51,344 nucleotides of DNA from positions 1 through 51,344 of the forward strand of contig CAXHJY010000621.1 of the NCBI GenBank assembly GCA_964016885.1, in the 5' to 3' direction. Shown in pieces: positions 43,246 to 51,344 of the stretch. The stretch's first letter is position 1; every line of letters starts with the position of its first letter. This DNA is from Eledone cirrhosa. Taxonomy: Eukaryota. The notes below the pieces were generated by a model, which searched no databases, was not told where the DNA came from, and saw only the letters and a list, made by a program, of their open reading frames with translations. A program made the position numbers and the translations under genes.

Positions 43246-43277
<32 letters not shown>

Positions 43278-43509
43278 ATATATATAATGTGTGTGTGTGT
43301 GTTTATCGACCTCGAATGGATGAAAGGGCAAAGTTGACCTCGGCGTGATTTGATTTCTCACAGAATACTCGTTTTTTTCTCTGTCCTCATTCTTTCGCTA
43401 TGTAAATAAATTTTCTCTTAATAAATTCACAAACCCACAGAGTATTGTATAGATGCTCTAACGATATATTGTTCAGTTGATCTGCTCTGTTGACCTGTTC
43501 ATCGGGTAT

Positions 43510-43815
43510 TATGTTGATCTGGTGTCTTGTTGATCTGGTGTCTTGTTGATCTGGTGTCTTGTTGGTCTGGTATCTTGTTGATCTAGGGTCTTGTTGATCT
43601 AGAGTCTTGTTGATCTAGAGTCCTTGTTGGTCTAGAGTCTTGTTGATCTAGAGTCCTAGTTGATCTAGAGTCTTGTTGGTCTGGAGTCTTGTTGATCTGG
43701 TGTCTTGTTGGTCTGGAATCTTGTTGGTCTGGAGTCTTGTTGATCTGGTGTCTTGTTGGTCTGGAGTCTTGTTGATCTGGAGTCTTGTTGATCTAGAGTC
43801 TTGTTGATCTGGGGT
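43510..43815 (+). repeat. 16-bp minisatellite (TCTTGTTG(A/G)TCT(G/A)G(T/A)G)n
   Basis: About 19 copies with clustered variants. Confidence 0.92.
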
Positions 43816-43908
43816 GCTGTCGTTTTGTTGAACTGTTTTGCCTGTCATACTCACTGTTTACCGATAATGATTGACATAAGGGACATTCGCCTATATTCTT
43901 ATATACAA

Positions 43909-43986
<78 letters not shown>

Positions 43987-44136
43987 GAAGTATTGTGTGT
44001 TGCAATGGAGTGGATGAGAGAGGGGGAAGTTACAAGAAATATCACAGTTCAGATGATAAACACAAAACGCCATCAAAGAAATCTAATGAAAGTAATGTAT
44101 GTGTGAGTATGTGACCGTGTTTGTATGTATGTACGA

Positions 44137-44227
<91 letters not shown>

Positions 44228-44504
44228 GAAGGGGGTTGGTGGATGGGTTCGTAAATAAAACATAATGGAAATTTATAAGACATCGTACTGATGTCAGCGA
44301 ATATTTATCTATCCACATGTCTATCTATCTATAATATATCTATCAACAACTCTCTCTCTCTCTCTCTCTGCACACATATATATAATATACTCACACATAC
44401 ACACACACTATACACACACACATATATATATATATATATGTATACTTAGACCACAGTTATTTATGGATATATATAATATATATATATATATATAATTGTG
44501 TGTG

Positions 44505-44563
<59 letters not shown>

Positions 44564-44580
44564 TGTGTGTGTGTGTGAGT

Positions 44581-44627
<47 letters not shown>

Positions 44628-44940
44628 CGTGCATACATACATATATACTTACATACATACATCTCATAAAATCTCACTCACAATCTCACAAAATCTCGTG
44701 CAGATCTCCACACACACGTACGTACTGTTACAACACACAAAATCAAATATATTGTCATTTACCGTTAATACACGCATTCACAGTTAAATACACATGCAAT
44801 CACTCACGCTCGAACGCGCACTAACATACGTGCGTGCGCACCCACACAGCCAGCGGAACACCGCGGCACACACACATCAATGAGATATATACAATAACAT
44901 ACACAGACATAATCGCTATATATATACATTATATACATGT

Positions 44941-44981
<41 letters not shown>

Positions 44982-45168
44982 ACACACATCTTTAAAACCC
45001 ATGCTAGTCCCGTCAACTCATTATTATATATACACACCCACACACATATATATAGACAGACAGTGTGTGTGTGTGTGTATGTGTGTATATATATATATAT
45101 ATATATTGAATATACATTCACTTCCTCGTTCATATATATATGTATATATGTACACACACACACACACA

Positions 45169-45201
<33 letters not shown>

Positions 45202-45729
45202 CAAATTCTGTCTACATCGTATACACTGTGTGTATGTGTGTGTGTATATTTGAGTGCAGGTATGTATATGTGTATGAGTGTTTCTGTGTGTCTGTCAGTG
45301 TCTGTATGTGTGCGGCTGACATGTAAAAGTTCTGTTGTCTGTGTGTGTGTGTCTCTTTCACTGTATGTGTGTCTCCACTGTGTCAGCCTCTCTCATTGTG
45401 TGTGTCTCTATGTGTGTGTCTGTGTGTCTCTCTCATTGTGTGTATGTCTGTGTCTGTCTGTGTTATGTATGCGTGTGTCTGTCTGTAAGTCTGTATATGT
45501 CTGTGTGTGTGTCTATCTGTATATGTCTGTGTGGTGGTGTGTGTCTATCTGTATATGTCTGTGTGTGTGTGTTACATGTAAATGGCCGACATGTTAAACT
45601 CCCGTTGAAACTGTTATTTTCGGTATAATACCGCCATTATCAATCTATATTTTCATTTTTCCCATTCAATTGTTCAATTAGTGGAAATATCGATCTCGTA
45701 TCGGACACGGATGGCAATGTCAAGATATA

Positions 45730-45783
<54 letters not shown>

Positions 45784-46278
45784 ATGGGAGGGAAATAAGA
45801 GAGTGAATGAGAGGGAGGGGAAGCGAGAGAGGGAGATCGAAAGAGAAAAAGGAAAAAAGGCAGAGAACAGTAAAGAAAGAATGAGATATATATATAATAT
45901 ATATATATAGAGAGAGAGAGAGACAGAGAGAGAGGGAGAGAGAAAGATAGAGAGAAAGATAGAGAGGGAAGAGAGAGACTGGAATGAAAAAAGTGAGCGG
46001 GGAAAAGGATGAAAGAAAGGAAAAAGAAAGAAATAAAGAAAGAAAAGGGGAAAGGAAATAAGGGAGAATATATAGAAAAAAGGGGGTTGGAAGGGGTGGT
46101 AATGGCGGTGGTGGTGGTGTTGTTGTTGTTGGTGGTGGTGGTGGTGGTGGTGGTGGGGTAATTACATATGTTTATTTTTAAAATGCTATTTCATTAATTG
46201 TGAATCGGGGTTTGTATTGAGAGGAGACATCTAAATATATATTACTGGCTCAATGTTAATATAGTCCGGCTTTGACCT

Positions 46279-46540
46279 GGTCTGGGGTGTCAACTTAAAA
46301 TGGAGGATGGGTTGGAGGGGCGTAGAGAAAGGGTGGGGGAGAGAGGAGGCTAAGGGGTCTGGGTTGTCAACTTAAAATGGAGGATGGGTTGGAGGGGGGT
46401 ACAGAAAGGGTGGGGGATAGAGAGGGGCTAAGGGGACTGGGTTGTCAACTTAAAATGGAGGATGGGTTGGAGGGGGGGGGGGGGGCTAGGGGTCTGGGTT
46501 GCCAACTTAAAATTGAGGATGGGTTGGAGGGGGGGGGGGG
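46279..46540 (+). repeat. G-rich tandem repeat, 4 copies of an about 40-bp core with G-rich linkers
   Basis: Core GGTCTGGGTTGTCAACTTAAAATGGAGGATGGGTTGGAGGGG at 46279, 46356, 46434 and 46491. Confidence 0.9.
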
Positions 46541-46784
46541 ATATGTAGATTGTGAGAGGAATGGGAAAAGGGGGGAAAAGATTTGAAAGAGATATACATA
46601 GTGAAAATGAAAGAGAGAGAGAGAGAGAGAGGGGATAGGAGGAGGGAGATTGACAGAAGGAAGGAAAAGGAGAGATTGAAAGAGAGAGACGTATAGAGAG
46701 AGAGAGAGAGAGAGAGGTAAACGGTGGTACCCCAGCATGGCCTCTGTCGGATGGCTGGAACAGGTAAAAGAGTAATATAAACAT

Positions 46785-46835
<51 letters not shown>

Positions 46836-47108
46836 GAGAGAGAGAGAGAGAGGGGGGGGGGAGATTGAAAGAGGGAGAAAGGGAGAGAAAGTGGGACACT
46901 GAAGGGGAGAGATTGAGACAGATTGAGTGAGAGAGAAAATAGAGATTTGTTGAGGGAAAGTGGGACAAGGAGGGGGTGAGAGAGAGGAGGAGGATGAAGA
47001 GAGGAGAGAGAGATAGGGAGATGAGAGGGAGATAGGGAGATGTAGGAAGAGAGCGAGCCTGTATGTGGGAGAGAGAGAAGGGGGAAAGAGGGATTAAGTA
47101 AAGACAGG

Positions 47109-47165
<57 letters not shown>

Positions 47166-47497
47166 AGTGGGACAAGGAAAGAGAAAGTGAGATATAGATA
47201 TTTGGGAGAGAGAGAAAGAAAAGGTGAGTGTGTTTCTCTTTTAACCCCTATTAATGAGTCGCTCCAGCTACGTATGTATAGATATATATATATGTATATA
47301 TATATATATGTGTGTGTATGTGTGTATGTATAGATATATATATGTATATATATGTGTGTATGTGTGTATGTATAGATATATATATATGTATATATATGTG
47401 TGTATGTGTGTATGTATGTATAGATATATATATGTATGTATGTGCGTGTGTATTTATGTAAATGTGTATGTATATGTATGTATATATATATGTATGC

Positions 47498-47574
<77 letters not shown>

Positions 47575-47708
47575 AATGTGTATGCATGTGTATGTATATA
47601 TATATATATATGTATGCATATGTATATATATATGTAAATGTGTATGCATGTGTATGTGTGTGTGGGGGGTTGTGAGTGTGTATGGCTGCATGTGTATATA
47701 TATATGTA

Positions 47709-47753
<45 letters not shown>

Positions 47754-47935
47754 GGCATAGTGTGGTAACATTGCTGCCCTTTGCCAGAATTATCTTTGGA
47801 ACGTACAAAAGGAGTCAACCTAATTACAATATTACTACAGTACCAGAGGTGGGGGGGCGGTATAGACAGGAAAGGAGAGAGATGTTGATGGAGATATACA
47901 GATGTAGAGAGAGGGAGAGGGAAATAGACACATGT

Positions 47936-47985
<50 letters not shown>

Positions 47986-48289
47986 GTAGAGAGAGAGAGA
48001 GAGATGTAGAGATGTAGAGAGAGAGAGAGTGTGTTATCAATAATCAATATACGACAATCAATTATTTCTAAGGTAATTCTCACCCTACTTTCTAGTCCAG
48101 GAGAGTTTCTCCCCCACTTTTCATTCAGAGAAGGTTAAATTGTGAGAGTGGCAGAGAGAGGTGGAGAGATACTGGCAGAGAGAGAGAGAGAGAGAGGTGG
48201 AGAGAGGTGGAGAGAGAGGTGGAGAGAGGTGGAGAGATACTGGCTGGGGGAGAGAGAGAGAGAGAGAGAGGTGGTGAGGTACTGGCTTG

Positions 48290-48327
<38 letters not shown>

Positions 48328-48386
48328 AGGTGGAGAGATACTGGCTGGGGGAGAGAGCGAGAGAGAGAGGTGGAGAGGTACTGGCT

Positions 48387-48428
<42 letters not shown>

Positions 48429-48947
48429 AGAGAGAAAGAGAGAATTGGAGAGAGAGAAAAAGAGGTGGAGAGACTGGCAGAGAGAGGGGGGGAATAGCGA
48501 AAGTGGGTGAAAGATAAGATTGGGGTATAGGGTGATCGAGATAGAGGGTGAGAAGGAAAGTGAGTGGAATCAGAGAGGGGGGGGGGAATAGAGGATAGCG
48601 AGAAAGGGAGAGGAATAGAGAGAAGAGAGAGAGAAAAGAAGAAAAGAGAGGAGAGAGAGACGGAGAGATGGACGGTCATTTCCGATTTACTATGACCGGA
48701 CTATAATATGGTGGTGGTGGTGGTGGTGATGTTGGTAATGGTGATGATGGTGGTGGTGGTGGTGGTGATGATGGTGGTGGTGGTGGTAGTGGTGATGGTG
48801 GTGGTGGCGGCGGTGGTGATGGTGGTGATGATGGTGGTTGCCGTGGTGATGATGGTGGCCGGTGGTGACGATGGTGGTGGCGGTGGCGGTGGTATGCCGG
48901 AAAAGCCTGCTTTTCCTTCTCTTCTTTTTCGGCGTAATGCAACTTAC

Positions 48948-48986
48948 GAATCCTCCATTCCCCCTTGAGACCTTTTCAGAGAGAAA
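48948..48986 (-). CDS. Candidate 39-nt exon, or 3' end of a first exon with start ATG at 48958
   Basis: cgttttctcctttag|TTTCTCTCTGAAAAGGTCTCAAGGGGGAATGGAGGATTC|gtaagt; the phase-2 frame is FSLKRSQGGMEDS. Confidence 0.4.
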
Positions 48987-49019
48987 CTAAAGGAGAAAAC
49001 GAGGAAGCCATCCGTCTGA

Positions 49020-49300
49020 AGGATACGCATGCGCTGTCTTGTTTATGTGTGAAATATCCCACTCATATGAGAAGCTAATAGGATAAAGAACAATTGTTTC
49101 ATGTGGTAGTGTGTTAAGCGATGCGAAGAGAGGGGCATTTCAAGCGTAAAATCTGTGACGTTGATTGTATACAATACCGTAGAGCCCAGTCGGTACTACC
49201 TTACTGTACGGCTGTTGTGCAGATGAACGACCAAATCGACTCGGCTTAACAAAAGACTGGCGTTCAAGTTGGTGCGACCACAGTTTTAGAACATAAACCT
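49020..49300 (-). promoter_or_regulatory. Possible promoter-proximal island
   Basis: Unique, CpG-containing sequence upstream of the 48948 donor, with an NRF1-like ACGCATGCGC (49025-49034) and a CRE-like TGACGT (about 49156). Motif evidence only. Confidence 0.25.
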
Positions 49301-49411
49301 TTTCTTCTTCTAGTTAGCTTTCTAGCAGCAAAGAGCTGTCTGTCTTTCTGTCTTTCTTTCATTCTTTACATCCTTCCTTCTTTTCTTTCATCCTTTCTGT
49401 CTCTTTCTGTC

Positions 49412-49443
<32 letters not shown>

Positions 49444-49597
49444 TCGTTCTCTCTTTCTTTCGTTCTCGTCGTTTCTCTAAAAGTCAGTAAGACTCCCATT
49501 GAAAGCGCCAAACAGGACGTGAGGAGTCGGTTTTGCTTTTGTTTTCCGCATTGGTTTCCTGCACAGCACTACAAAATGGAACTTTGTTGCAGTAGTG

Positions 49598-49668
<71 letters not shown>

Positions 49669-49781
49669 TGTGGTTGTATGTCAGTCTCCACTACACCCAA
49701 CCCCTCGCATAATGCCACCATCCCCTCCACCACCACTAAAAAGAAAATGAAGTACAACTGAACTAGACTAATGCTATATAT

Positions 49782-49928
<147 letters not shown>

Positions 49929-50117
49929 ATATGTGTTGTTCTGTGACAAGGAATACCAGTGTTTTCAATTGCAGAAGTAGAAGATACAAAATACATAATG
50001 GATAAACACACACATACGGACACACATGAACACACACACGGATATACACATGAACACACACGCACATGCGGACACAAGCCTGTGGGGTGAATGAGTAGAA
50101 TCGGTATTTTTTAGAAA

Positions 50118-50420
50118 TGTGAAGCCACATGGCTTAGTGGTTAAAGAGTTGATTCACAATCGAGAGATTGAGGTCGAGTCCGGGACAAGGCGGAGTGTTG
50201 TGTCTGTCCTTGAGCAAGACACTTTAATTCACATTGCTCCAGTCTACCCATGTAGAAATGTAGAAATGAGTTGTGAGGTCACATGCACTAAGGTGTATTA
50301 GGCTTTATGTCTTTACCTTGGACAACATTATATAGTGTATCTATCGTGCGTATATAATGTGTATATTGTGAAGGCGCGTGGCCGAGTGGTTAGAGAACTT
50401 GATTCGCAATCGTGAAGTTT
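50118..50420 (+). mobile_element. Two tandem S1 SINE copies (50118-50330 and head only at 50367-50420)
   Basis: A-boxes TGGCTTAGTGG and TGGCCGAGTGG; TGTCCTTGAGCAAGACACTTTA..CACATTGCTCCAGT body. Confidence 0.75.
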
Positions 50421-50667
50421 ATGTATACATGGTGCCACACTTCCCATTGTATTCACTCTGGACGAACATCTATTAATTGTAGCACCATTAAGTGCTTTGT
50501 CACTGCCTCAGACAATTCGATTAGTATCTGTTATATTGCGGCGATAATATCGACATATGCATATCATGATTATTACTATTATTGTTATATATTTCATTCT
50601 TCGTCGATAAAATAAAGTACCAGTAATGTACTGGGATAATTGCTGGCTTTGTGCCAAAAGTAGAAAC

Positions 50668-51344
<677 letters not shown>

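Noticed and set aside
46279-46540. Repeat-spacer pattern resembling CRISPR
   Set aside because: The linkers are related to each other and low-complexity, so this is a degenerate tandem repeat.

Overview
Eukaryotic, non-coding-dominated genomic DNA, most likely from a coleoid cephalopod such as an octopus. That assignment is inferred from the extreme (TA)n/(CA)n/(GA)n/(GGT)n microsatellite load and the style of the tRNA-derived SINEs, not from a search. Almost all ORFs in the supplied track are microsatellite read-throughs. Supportable content: (1) fragments of non-LTR retrotransposons (RTE with a TSD, RTE-type C2H2 fingers, a CRE-like piece, a probable Tx1/L1 3' end); (2) several SINE families; (3) Tc1/mariner-type and hAT-type MITEs; (4) a 26 x 64-bp satellite and several minisatellites; (5) a tentative minus-strand spliced gene with short exons and no recognisable product. 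The most striking pattern is a set of short elements carrying type I hammerhead-ribozyme motifs of the Penelope-like-element kind. At least two clear families and up to three degenerate ones occur, mostly as divergent fold-back inverted repeats embedded in (TA)n microsatellites (682-1048, 16882-16924, 22788-22940, 25154-25349, 40997-41130), plus a near-canonical solo copy at 33350-33495. A perfect 27-bp hairpin also sits 9 nt inside a consensus 5' splice site that could be a 19-nt microexon or a recursive splice point.
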